NCBI GenBank assembly: GCA_002708415.1
Contig: PANS01000027.1
Location: 1-56,420, forward strand
Direction: 5' to 3'
Source: Micavibrio sp.
GTDB taxonomy: Bacteria; Pseudomonadota; Alphaproteobacteria; Micavibrionales; Micavibrionaceae
Length of the DNA: 56,420 nt
Shown piece by piece: positions 10,404 to 19,074 of the stretch; position 1 is the first letter of the stretch; every line of letters begins with the position of its first letter. Below the pieces are notes generated by a model, which did no database searches, was not told the DNA's origin, and saw only the letters and a program-made list of their open reading frames with translations. The translations under genes were made by a program, and so were the position numbers.

Positions 10404-10424
10404 CAAAAATCATAACCGCAAAGA

Positions 10425-10454
10425 AAAAGGGCAGAGAGATTCAGCCCTTTTTTT
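10425..10454. terminator. Bidirectional rho-independent terminator between convergent holC and cytochrome c genes
   Basis: The sequence is aaaaGGGC-agagagattca-GCCCttttttt, a stem flanked by an A-run and a T-run. Confidence 0.65.
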
Positions 10455-10475
10455 CATCTGTATAAAAAAATATAA

Positions 10476-11087
10476 TTAGTGCGCTGCGCCTGCAGCAGCT
10501 TCTTCTACAACAGCGGGGGGCAACTCTGCTTCTTCAGCAGCAATACGTCCTGCATTTGGAAGAGCCGCTTGTGAACCTGACAAAGTACGGAGCCAAGCTA
10601 TTAAGGCCGCGCGATCAGAAGGTTTTTTTAAGCCTGCATAATTCATCTTTGTACCAGGTGCATATTTCTTCGGCTTCCAAAGAAACTTGTTCAATTCTTC
10701 GTAAGTCCAACTATTCGTACCATCTGCATTTAAAGTACCAGAATAAGAATACCCAGCAACAGACTGTTTAGTTTGTCCAACAATACCCCATAAATTAGGA
10801 CCAAGACCATTTGATCCACCTTGATCAAAACTGTGACATGCCCCACACGCTTTAGACATTTTTTGTCCACGCTCAATATCTGCTGTGGCTAACAGCGCTA
10901 AAATCGGCTCAGCCTTTTTCTCAAGTTGGGGGACACTTGAACCTGTGTCTGCTACTTCAATAGGATAAGCATTTTCTTTTAATTCTTCTGAATTAACAAT
11001 ATTATCCGCAAAAAAGCCTGATAACATCGCCACAATACCCGCAACAAGAATCGCTGCAAAAATTTTATTAAATTCCATACCACCCAT
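10476..11087 (-). CDS. Membrane-anchored class I cytochrome c
   Basis: It has an N-terminal TM anchor (IFAAILVAGIVAMLSGFF), the haem-binding motif CGACHSF, and distal Met context (GTKMNYAGLKK). Confidence 0.82.
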   Translation of the reverse strand: MGGMEFNKIFAAILVAGIVAMLSGFFADNIVNSEELKENAYPIEVADTGSSVPQLEKKAEPILALLATADIERGQKMSKACGACHSFDQGGSNGLGPNLWGIVGQTKQSVAGYSYSGTLNADGTNSWTYEELNKFLWKPKKYAPGTKMNYAGLKKPSDRAALIAWLRTLSGSQAALPNAGRIAAEEAELPPAVVEEAAAGAAH

Positions 11088-11266
11088 GAGTATTCCGCCT
11101 TATTTCTATTTCATTTAAATATTTCTAAAGACGAATTATTCTTGCGTCTTTGAGAGTTTTCCCACTATACCAATAGATAAACTATTGTCGAGAGTGGTTT
11201 ACAAAAATAGGATGTAGTATTAGCGAAAAAAAAATTCAAGACCTATTATAAAAAAGAAAGAAAACT

Positions 11267-12103
11267 ATGACTCAAAAAATCGCATTCCAAGGCTGTCACG
11301 GCGCTTATCACGAACAAGCCGCGCTTGAAGTTTATCCAAACGCCCAAACTCTGCCCTGTGAAACCTTTGAGGAAACCTTTGATGCCGCCCAAAATAATGA
11401 GGCTGATATGGCTATTATTGCTACTGATAACACGCTAGCGGGCCGCGTTGCAGACGTACACCGCCTACTTCCACAAAGCGGCCTGCATATTATAGGTGAA
11501 ACATTTCTACCCATCCATCATGCCCTCATTGGATTAAAAGGCGCTACTATTGAAGGACTTACAGACGTCCATAGTCATGTTCACGCGCTCCCCCAATGCA
11601 GTAAAATTATTCAAGAACTAAAACTTAAAAAACATGTCCGTGCCGATACAGCTGGCTCTGCCCAAGATGTTTTAAAAATGAATGATCCAAGCCAAGCAGC
11701 TATAGCGTCTAAATTGGCCGCCGAAATTTATGGGCTTGAAGTCTTAAAAGCCGATATCGAAGACGTTTCTCATAATACAACACGTTTTATTTTCCTCTCA
11801 AAAGAAGCCTATGTGCCAGAATATGATAAAAATAAAACCTATATCACCAGCTTTCTTTTTGAAGTACGCAATATTCCAGCAGCCTTGTTTAAGTCTCTAA
11901 GCGGTTTTGCAACCAATGGCATTAACATGGTGAAACTTGAATCTTATGTTGATGAGAAATTACAAGCCGCGCAATTTTACGCCGATGTTATGGGACACCC
12001 TGAAGAAAGGTCGTTACAACTTGCTATGGAAGAGCTTGGCTTTTTTGCTAAAGATGTTCTCTTAATGGGAACATATGAAGCGCACGAATTCCGCAGTAAA
12101 TAA
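11267..12103 (+). CDS. pheA: Prephenate dehydratase
   Basis: The product has a PDT domain followed by a C-terminal ACT domain. TRF is present in the NTTRFIFLS block. Confidence 0.88.
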   Translation: MTQKIAFQGCHGAYHEQAALEVYPNAQTLPCETFEETFDAAQNNEADMAIIATDNTLAGRVADVHRLLPQSGLHIIGETFLPIHHALIGLKGATIEGLTDVHSHVHALPQCSKIIQELKLKKHVRADTAGSAQDVLKMNDPSQAAIASKLAAEIYGLEVLKADIEDVSHNTTRFIFLSKEAYVPEYDKNKTYITSFLFEVRNIPAALFKSLSGFATNGINMVKLESYVDEKLQAAQFYADVMGHPEERSLQLAMEELGFFAKDVLLMGTYEAHEFRSK

Positions 12104-12202
12104 GGATTTAAACCAGAAAAACAACAAGATTTTGCTTTTTAATAATTCTAATGTTAGGCTCACAATCAAATTGAGATAATATACAATAATTAGGAAATAA
12201 CG

Positions 12203-12379
12203 ATGCCCGCACATTCAGAACTTGCCGCAAAACTATTAAGAGATGCAGCCGCCTTCTTTCAAACAATTGCTGAGCAAAATCCGCCTTTAAAAGAGCAAAT
12301 GGATGAAAATGCAGATGTTTTTAAGCAAGTTGCAGATCTTGTTGAATCGGATCCAAACGGCATTATTGAAGAACAGTAA
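12203..12379 (+). CDS. Small acidic helical protein, 58 aa (below the ORF-track cutoff)
   Basis: An ATG is preceded by AGGAAA 6 nt upstream. The uninterrupted 59-codon frame gives MPAHSELAAKLLRDAAAFFQTIAEQNPPLKEQMDENADVFKQVADLVESDPNGIIEEQ. Its 3' end overlaps the convergent ORF 12363..12722 by 17 nt. Confidence 0.4.
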   Translation: MPAHSELAAKLLRDAAAFFQTIAEQNPPLKEQMDENADVFKQVADLVESDPNGIIEEQ

Positions 12380-12722
12380 TGAATAGCGTTAAAACGCTAA
12401 GTCCCATAACCAAATTCACAATTAATTTTTGCCAGTTAATCGGTTCGTTTTGAAAAACCTTTAAGGTTTTTGAAAAACTTCTATTCGCACTTTCATCAAA
12501 ATATTTCTGCTTTACTTCAATTTTTTGAAATTTTCGACTACGGTGCAGGACTTTTGCCTCTTTCATAGCACGATTAAGCCCTGAAACAGTTTTGTAGCGC
12601 TGCCATTTATTAAAACCAAATTTCTCATCATCATAATTCTTATACGTATAGATGGAGTATTCACTGACCTTGTCAGGTTTATCTATAGGCATAACAAAAT
12701 GCTGATGCGTAATGTGATCCAT
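12363..12722 (-). CDS. Hypothetical tail-anchored protein (119 aa)
   Basis: This is the only long ORF in the interval. It has a basic soluble N-terminal part and a single C-terminal TM (LIVNLVMGLSVLTLFITVL). I recognised no family. Confidence 0.45.
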   Translation of the reverse strand: MDHITHQHFVMPIDKPDKVSEYSIYTYKNYDDEKFGFNKWQRYKTVSGLNRAMKEAKVLHRSRKFQKIEVKQKYFDESANRSFSKTLKVFQNEPINWQKLIVNLVMGLSVLTLFITVLQ

Positions 12723-12946
12723 ATAATTCTCTTTTTTATGTCGGCTTGAAAGTCTAGGAACTCTTAAAGTCTAAAATAGCGGTAAAATAGTTAACAAAAA
12801 GTTAAAATTTTATTGAAAATCAAAAAATAGCTGTTTCCTTGTGTTTACAGCGCAAAGCCTATAGAATTAAATTTCACATATCGCGTGATTCTCTTCTTTT
12901 TCACGCCTCTTCAATCATCAAGATCAATATCTAATAGAGTTTTCCT

Positions 12947-15385
12947 ATGGCGCGTAAAAAATATAAAATCAAAACCAAAAAACAAGGCTTCATTGCCCGC
13001 ATAATTCCTGAAAGCATGAAAGCTTTCATCGCAAGACGTATTGTCGATTCATTAGGTTTCTTTGGTTTAATTACAGGCGCTTTCCTAACGCTATCTATCA
13101 TAAGCTATAACGCCACAGACCCCTCTCTAAATACAGCATCAACAAATGACCGTATTATGAACTGGATGGGTTCATCAGGAGCAATGTTAGCCGATCTATT
13201 TTTACAAACGCTAGGGCTTGCCTCTATCCTCTTTGCTTTTGCTTTTGCCATTTGGGGAGGGAGCCTTCTTAAACGGCGCTCATTAACTCCCTTTGGCCTT
13301 AGAATCGTTGCGCTCGTTGCTTCAGTATTCATTCTCTCCATCACTTTTGCCCGCGTGCCAAGTGGTGACTGGTTACCACAATCTTATCTCGGCGGTAGCA
13401 TTGGTTCACTCATGTTCCAAAATATTAGCGATGCATTCCACTTTCTTACATTGCCCTACCCTTATATCATCGCAAGTATTATTGCTGGCTTAGTCGGTTT
13501 AACAGCCTTCTTATATGCTGCAGGGACGCGTAAAGAAGAAGTTCTATACGCAGCATCACTTGCTATTTTTGCTATTAAAACGCTAGCAATCGGTATGTAT
13601 AACAAAATCATGGGGGCTTATGATTGGGTACGCCATTACAGCGATGAATCATATGTGCCTAAAACACGTACAGTGAAAACAAAAAAACCTAAAATTGAAA
13701 AAACAGCAAGAAAACAAAAAACGGCTGTACTTGAATCACAGCATGTTGATGCGATTTCTGTAGCCACTCCTGCCTCCACGCCAACCGATATTAAAGTCGT
13801 ACAGCCCCAACAAACCGATAAGCATGCAGGTGTTAACCAACAACGATTTCAGCTTTTTGATGGTGGTGAATGGGATCTACCATCGGTGGATCTATTAAAC
13901 GAAATGCCAAAAAGCGCAGGCGATGCAAACATGGATGAAAATGCGCTTCGTATGAACGCAGAACTTCTCCAAAATGTTCTTCAAGATTTTAACGTTAAAG
14001 GTGATATCGTCAGCATTCATCCTGGCCCTGTTGTTACACTATATGAATTAGAACCTGCTCCAGGCACAAAGACATCACGTGTTATTGGTTTATCCGATGA
14101 TATTGCACGTTCTATGTCTGCCATCTCTGTTCGCGCGGCCGTTGTTCCTGGCCGTAATGTCATTGGAATTGAATTACCCAACAAAATTCGTCAAACCGTT
14201 TATTTCCGCGAAATGTTGGAAACGAAAGATTACGAGCAAACAAAAGCCCATCTTCCAATGATCTTAGGAAAAGATATTGGTGGTAAACCGATTATTGCTG
14301 ACTTAGCGCGCATGCCTCACTTGCTTGTTGCTGGTACAACAGGATCTGGTAAATCCGTGGCCGTTAACACAATGATCTTATCGCTGGTTTACAGCCTACC
14401 GCCTGAAAAATGTCGCTTCATCATGATTGATCCGAAAATGCTGGAGCTTTCAGTCTATGACGACATTCCACATCTTTTAACACCTGTTGTGACAGAGCCA
14501 GGCAAGGCCATCGTTGCTCTCAAATGGGCGGTTGCTGAAATGGAAGAACGTTACCGTGCCATGTCTAAACTTGGTGTCCGTAATATTGATGGCTATAATG
14601 CTCGCCTTGCCGAAGCACGCAAAAAAGGCGAATCAATTATGCGTAAAGTTCAAACGGGCTTTGATCCTGAGACTGGTAAACCAACCTATGAAGAACAACC
14701 TCTTGATCTAACGGATCTGCCTTATATCGTCGTTATCGTTGATGAATTTGCTGATCTTATGCTGGTTGCTGGTAAAGAAGTTGAAAACACGATACAGCGA
14801 TTGGCGCAGATGGCACGTGCTGCTGGTATTCACATCATCATGGCCACGCAGCGTCCATCGGTAGACGTTATTACAGGGGTAATTAAAGCCAATTTCCCAA
14901 CCCGTATTTCCTTCCAAGTCACATCAAAAATTGACTCGCGTACGATTTTGGGCGATGGCGGCGCAGAGCAACTTCTTGGTATGGGGGACATGCTCTATAT
15001 GGCCGCTGGCGGTCAATTAACACGCGTACACGGTCCATTTGCCACTGATGAAGAGGTCGAGAATGTTGTAAACCATCTTAAAGCGCAAGCAGAGCCTGCT
15101 TACCTCGAAGATATTACAGAAGGTGGCGGCGATATCACAGGTGGAGGCCTTGGTGGTATGTACGGTGAAGGCGATGAAAAAGTTGATGAGCTTTATGATC
15201 AAGCCGTAGCCATCGTTGCCAAAGAGAGAAAAGCCTCAACAAGCTTCATCCAAAGGCACTTACAGATCGGCTATAATCGCGCCGCCCGCATTGTCGAAGA
15301 AATGGAAAAACAAGGCGTTATTGGCCCTGCCAACCATGTTGGTAAACGAACTATCCTTGTCCAAGATTTGGATGAAGTGAGTTAA
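12947..15385 (+). CDS. ftsK: DNA translocase FtsK
   Basis: It has N-terminal TM segments, a linker, a motor domain with Walker A (GTTGSGKS) and Walker B (VVIVDEFADL), and a C-terminal winged-helix gamma domain (SFIQRHLQIGYNRAARIVEEME). Confidence 0.95.
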   Translation: MARKKYKIKTKKQGFIARIIPESMKAFIARRIVDSLGFFGLITGAFLTLSIISYNATDPSLNTASTNDRIMNWMGSSGAMLADLFLQTLGLASILFAFAFAIWGGSLLKRRSLTPFGLRIVALVASVFILSITFARVPSGDWLPQSYLGGSIGSLMFQNISDAFHFLTLPYPYIIASIIAGLVGLTAFLYAAGTRKEEVLYAASLAIFAIKTLAIGMYNKIMGAYDWVRHYSDESYVPKTRTVKTKKPKIEKTARKQKTAVLESQHVDAISVATPASTPTDIKVVQPQQTDKHAGVNQQRFQLFDGGEWDLPSVDLLNEMPKSAGDANMDENALRMNAELLQNVLQDFNVKGDIVSIHPGPVVTLYELEPAPGTKTSRVIGLSDDIARSMSAISVRAAVVPGRNVIGIELPNKIRQTVYFREMLETKDYEQTKAHLPMILGKDIGGKPIIADLARMPHLLVAGTTGSGKSVAVNTMILSLVYSLPPEKCRFIMIDPKMLELSVYDDIPHLLTPVVTEPGKAIVALKWAVAEMEERYRAMSKLGVRNIDGYNARLAEARKKGESIMRKVQTGFDPETGKPTYEEQPLDLTDLPYIVVIVDEFADLMLVAGKEVENTIQRLAQMARAAGIHIIMATQRPSVDVITGVIKANFPTRISFQVTSKIDSRTILGDGGAEQLLGMGDMLYMAAGGQLTRVHGPFATDEEVENVVNHLKAQAEPAYLEDITEGGGDITGGGLGGMYGEGDEKVDELYDQAVAIVAKERKASTSFIQRHLQIGYNRAARIVEEMEKQGVIGPANHVGKRTILVQDLDEVS

Positions 15386-15744
15386 GTAGTAAAACGCCTA
15401 GCCCAAACAGAATGAACGAGTCTTATATCATTTGGCACGACACGCCCTGCCCTCACTTGCGCCGAAATATCTGGGAATGGTGAACCCTGACCGATTGCAC
15501 CATCTCGTGACATATGTCCTTGCAAATAGGCCTGCTCAAAAACAGTCTTTGCAGTAGCCGCAATCGCCAGCTCTTTTGGCAAATCTAACCGTGCGATATT
15601 CGATTCTGCCTCATGATCAGGAACTTGCATTTGAAAGCAGACTCCATCATCACCTAACGTTAATTTAGTTATTCCATCACTATGAATAAAACCAAACGGT
15701 AATTTTCGACCGTCATAAATTTCGACTTCACCAAATGCACGCAT
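15382..15744 (-). CDS. Hypothetical protein (120 aa)
   Basis: A clean ORF lies between ftsK and lolA on the opposite strand. Its stop codon overlaps the ftsK stop within TTAA at 15382-15385. I recognised no family. Confidence 0.45.
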   Translation of the reverse strand: MRAFGEVEIYDGRKLPFGFIHSDGITKLTLGDDGVCFQMQVPDHEAESNIARLDLPKELAIAATAKTVFEQAYLQGHMSRDGAIGQGSPFPDISAQVRAGRVVPNDIRLVHSVWARRFTT

Positions 15745-15869
15745 TGTACTTCTCCTTACTATGATTTATTTATAATTCCATAATTAAAAAGAGCAAGAAG
15801 AATATGAAAATCTTCAAAATTTCTCTAATTCGCCTTTATTTGGCCTGACTTTTTACCTATCAATAAAGA

Positions 15870-16493
15870 ATGAAGAAAATTATTCCGTTACTAGCTGTTT
15901 TAACAGTGATTTTGATGCCTTTTGACGCTTTGGCTAAAAAATCCAGCTCAAATGCACAGGCTGATATCCAAAAAGCAGAAGAATACTTACGCAATCTCAC
16001 AACGGCCAAAGCTGACTTTATTCAGCGTGCCCATAATGGTGCCCGTTTAAGCGGAACTTTCTATCTTGATCGCCCAGGTCGTTTACGCTTTGAATATAAC
16101 GAGGTAGAAGATTTTATCGTTGCTGATGGATTTTTTATTTATTTCTTTGATTCAGAACTTCGCGAACAAACAAACGCTCCAATCGGTCAAACATTAGCCG
16201 ATTTTCTATTACGCAAAGATTTAACCCTTACGGGTGACATTCAGGTTCAAGAAATTGGTCAAGAAAGCGGATTGAAAACCTATCTTCTTGCCCAAAGTGA
16301 TGATTTGGCCGCAGGTTCAGTGAAGCTATTTTTTACAAAAGTGCCGTTTGCCCTTAAAAAATGGCAGGTCACCGATGCCGCCGGAATGACAACAGAAATT
16401 GAGCTCAAAAACATGGAAACAGATATTAAGCTCACCAACTCTCTCTTCGGCTTCATCCATCCCGATAAGAAAAAGCAAAGCTATAACGAATAA
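15870..16493 (+). CDS. lolA: Outer-membrane lipoprotein carrier LolA
   Basis: It has a signal peptide, and the block F.Q......SGTFYLDRPGRLRFEY...DFIVADG is typical of LolA. The ftsK-lolA neighbourhood is conserved. Confidence 0.85.
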   Translation: MKKIIPLLAVLTVILMPFDALAKKSSSNAQADIQKAEEYLRNLTTAKADFIQRAHNGARLSGTFYLDRPGRLRFEYNEVEDFIVADGFFIYFFDSELREQTNAPIGQTLADFLLRKDLTLTGDIQVQEIGQESGLKTYLLAQSDDLAAGSVKLFFTKVPFALKKWQVTDAAGMTTEIELKNMETDIKLTNSLFGFIHPDKKKQSYNE

Positions 16494-16549
16494 GCTTTAT
16501 CTCACCGCTTGAGAGCGTTAAAATTCAATCTTTATGTAAGGATTCTTTA

Positions 16550-17146
16550 ATGCTCAATGATGGCCCGCTTGATTTACTCATACGCCAACTTTCGTCCCTT
16601 CCTGGATTAGGAAGTCGTTCAGCCAAGCGTATTGCTCTTCACTTACTCACGAATAAAGACAAGATCATGGATCCTTTGGCCAAAAATCTTGAGTATGTTT
16701 CCAGCATCATCGTCCCTTGCCAGTCTTGCGGAAACTTAGACGAAGGTGATACATGCCGTATTTGCCGCAACCCAAAAAGAGAACGCAATGTTGTCTGTGT
16801 TGTGGCAAGTGTAGCCGATCTTTGGGCGATTGAACGGACAGGATCTTTTAAAGGCATCTATCACATTCTTGGCGGCACGCTTTCGGCGCTTGATGGTATT
16901 GGCCCAGATGATCTTAATATTGAACCATTAGTAGAAAACGCCAAAGGCGGAGAAATCACTGAAATGATCCTCGCCCTTAGCGCCACTGTCGATGGACAAT
17001 CAACCGCGCATTACATTAACGACCAGCTTCATGGAAGCGGCATCAATATCACCCGCCTCGCGCATGGTGTCCCTGTTGGCGGGGAATTAGACTATCTTGA
17101 TGACAACACCATCAGTACCGCGTTAAAAGCCCGTAAATCAGCTTAA
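16550..17146 (+). CDS. recR: Recombination protein RecR
   Basis: It has the HhH motif (LPGLGSRSAKRIALHL), a C4 zinc finger (CQSCGNLDEGDTCRIC) and a Toprim domain. Confidence 0.95.
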   Translation: MLNDGPLDLLIRQLSSLPGLGSRSAKRIALHLLTNKDKIMDPLAKNLEYVSSIIVPCQSCGNLDEGDTCRICRNPKRERNVVCVVASVADLWAIERTGSFKGIYHILGGTLSALDGIGPDDLNIEPLVENAKGGEITEMILALSATVDGQSTAHYINDQLHGSGINITRLAHGVPVGGELDYLDDNTISTALKARKSA

Positions 17147-17148
17147 TA

Positions 17149-17490
17149 CTACTCTTTTTCAGACACGTACAACACACCAGCACTTTCAGCAGCAAGCGCT
17201 GCAATATAAACATCTTGCGCGCCTTTGCCTGATCCACCACTAATCGCAACGTCATAATAAACACCTGCTGGAAAATAATGATCATTCGCCGTTGCAACAG
17301 CGGTATTATCACCAAAATTTAAAAACACAGGTTCAGTCGCATAAATGCTAATCACCTTGGTCTCTTGATCAAACGCTATGCTATTACGCACTGATGTTAC
17401 CGATGTGTTCAATGTATGCGCTCCATTATCACGTAGTCTTAAGGCGGGAATAATATTGTTATCTGCATCTTTAGGAAGAAGAGTTGTCAT
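17149..17490 (-). CDS. Hypothetical protein (113 aa; start moved to the MTTLLPK ATG)
   Basis: The internal ATG at 17490 is preceded by AAAGGA. The upstream extension of the listed ORF is hydrophobic junk (MRFYNMNTMLVFW). This is the last gene of the minus-strand block, and its stop lies 2 nt from the recR stop. Confidence 0.45.
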   Translation of the reverse strand: MTTLLPKDADNNIIPALRLRDNGAHTLNTSVTSVRNSIAFDQETKVISIYATEPVFLNFGDNTAVATANDHYFPAGVYYDVAISGGSGKGAQDVYIAALAAESAGVLYVSEKE

Positions 17491-17638
17491 TTTAAAATCC
17501 TTTCGAAAATAAAAAAGCCCGCCTTTTATCCAAAAGACGAGCATTGTGTTCATATTATAAAAGCGCACTTATGGCGCTATATATAGGAATAATTACCTAT
17601 TTTATTGATTTTGTCAAGTATGAATCATTCAAAACATA

Positions 17639-18625
17639 TTAACGTCTTAAATGAGGGGTTTTAAAGCCAAGATGCCCCCAACAGACCATGACAACAAGCC
17701 ACCCCATTAAAATCACAGCGTTACCATAAGGATGATAGAGCCAAAACATATCAACCATAACCAAAAGAGCAATAACCAACATACCAACCCAAGCCAAAGT
17801 TTTACGACGGCGCTTAACCGTCAAAACATAAAAAAACATTGATAGTGGTGGTAACAGAAGAACATACAAACCATAGGCACCAATAAAACCCGTATCTAAA
17901 AAACGTGCCATAAAGAAAGAAGCTGAATCAGCTGCCATATCAGGATGGATAAGAAATAAGATTTTGGAAATGCCCACACCGCCTCCTACCAAAAAATAGG
18001 CATCTGGCCATGGAAAAAAAGTAACCCGTCCAACCATCAGATATAAGAAAACAACTCCAATCAAAAAGAGCGGTAAAAATACAATGATATTTAAACGAAC
18101 AAAAGAACGACTAGCTGTTAAAGACATTTGCAAAAAACAAATAAGAAAAAAACTTATAATCATTACTACATACGGCATAATTTTTGCTATAAATGATTGG
18201 TCTACAAATTCTTTTTGATTGTAAAAGTCATAGAAAAAATGACTAAATTCAAAATAAAGTGTTTTAATTGCCGTAATTTCATTAGGATATAATGTGCAAA
18301 AACTAATCCATAAAATGAAAAGAAACACTCCAATCATCCATAGAGAATAATCAACAAAAAAAACTCTATTTAAAATATTTTCCTTATCTTTCCGTGTATC
18401 CGTTTCCAACGAAGATAGTAGTTTATCTGGAAGAGACGTATCTTTATTGCTCATTTTATCAATGATCAGCCAGAAAATACGGGAAAGACAAATGATGCTG
18501 GAAAAAATGAGAATAAACCCCAAAAGGTCTAAAGCATCAGGATAAAATGCTATAAGAGCAGTAAAGCTAAGACTTAAAATAAAAAATAAAAAGACGTATA
18601 TTTTTTCTACTGCCAAAAAGGACAT
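17639..18625 (-). CDS. Polytopic membrane protein, possibly a divergent Wzy/O-antigen-ligase-like protein
   Basis: It has about 9-10 hydrophobic segments. The segment ASFFMARFLDTGFIGAYGLYVLLL resembles the ..HN.yL..l.e.GiiG.. region that follows Wzy_C domains. Its start overlaps the upstream stop as TAATG. Confidence 0.4.
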   Translation of the reverse strand: MSFLAVEKIYVFLFFILSLSFTALIAFYPDALDLLGFILIFSSIICLSRIFWLIIDKMSNKDTSLPDKLLSSLETDTRKDKENILNRVFFVDYSLWMIGVFLFILWISFCTLYPNEITAIKTLYFEFSHFFYDFYNQKEFVDQSFIAKIMPYVVMIISFFLICFLQMSLTASRSFVRLNIIVFLPLFLIGVVFLYLMVGRVTFFPWPDAYFLVGGGVGISKILFLIHPDMAADSASFFMARFLDTGFIGAYGLYVLLLPPLSMFFYVLTVKRRRKTLAWVGMLVIALLVMVDMFWLYHPYGNAVILMGWLVVMVCWGHLGFKTPHLRR

Positions 18626-19044
18626 TATTTTGTCCTACTCTCCGTATCATTATGAGCAAGAACTATCATTGAGCGAGACTTATCTTTTAAGTTTTTATTC
18701 GAAAATTTATGAGAAAATCGAAGAGCTTTATTAGCTATACCATACCTATTTGCTGCTTGCGCAACGTTTGCCAAACTGTTCCAAGCATCAGCTTGATATG
18801 GATTAACAAACAAAGAGGCTAATAACTCTTTTTCTGACAAAAATAATAACTGCTGAGACAAAAGAGAATACTCATCCAAATCATATTGATCTTGATAAAA
18901 TTTTGCCTGCTCTAAATGATGTTTAGCTGTTTCTTTTGGTGAAGCGCTAAAAACACAAATAACACCAAGCAAAAGAGATAGACAGAAGAACCCTGATATC
19001 AAATAAACAACAATGCTTGTTTCTCGCGTTAACGAAAACAACAT
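18625..19044 (-). CDS. Membrane-anchored small protein with a TPR-like helical repeat
   Basis: It has one N-terminal TM (IVVYLISGFFCLSLLLGVICVF) and a TPR-like stretch (NPYQADAWNSLANVAQAANRYGIANKAL). It is translationally coupled to the downstream gene. Confidence 0.45.
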   Translation of the reverse strand: MLFSLTRETSIVVYLISGFFCLSLLLGVICVFSASPKETAKHHLEQAKFYQDQYDLDEYSLLSQQLLFLSEKELLASLFVNPYQADAWNSLANVAQAANRYGIANKALRFSHKFSNKNLKDKSRSMIVLAHNDTESRTK

Positions 19045-19074
19045 AAAAAGCCTCTTAAAAAAGATAATTAAAGT

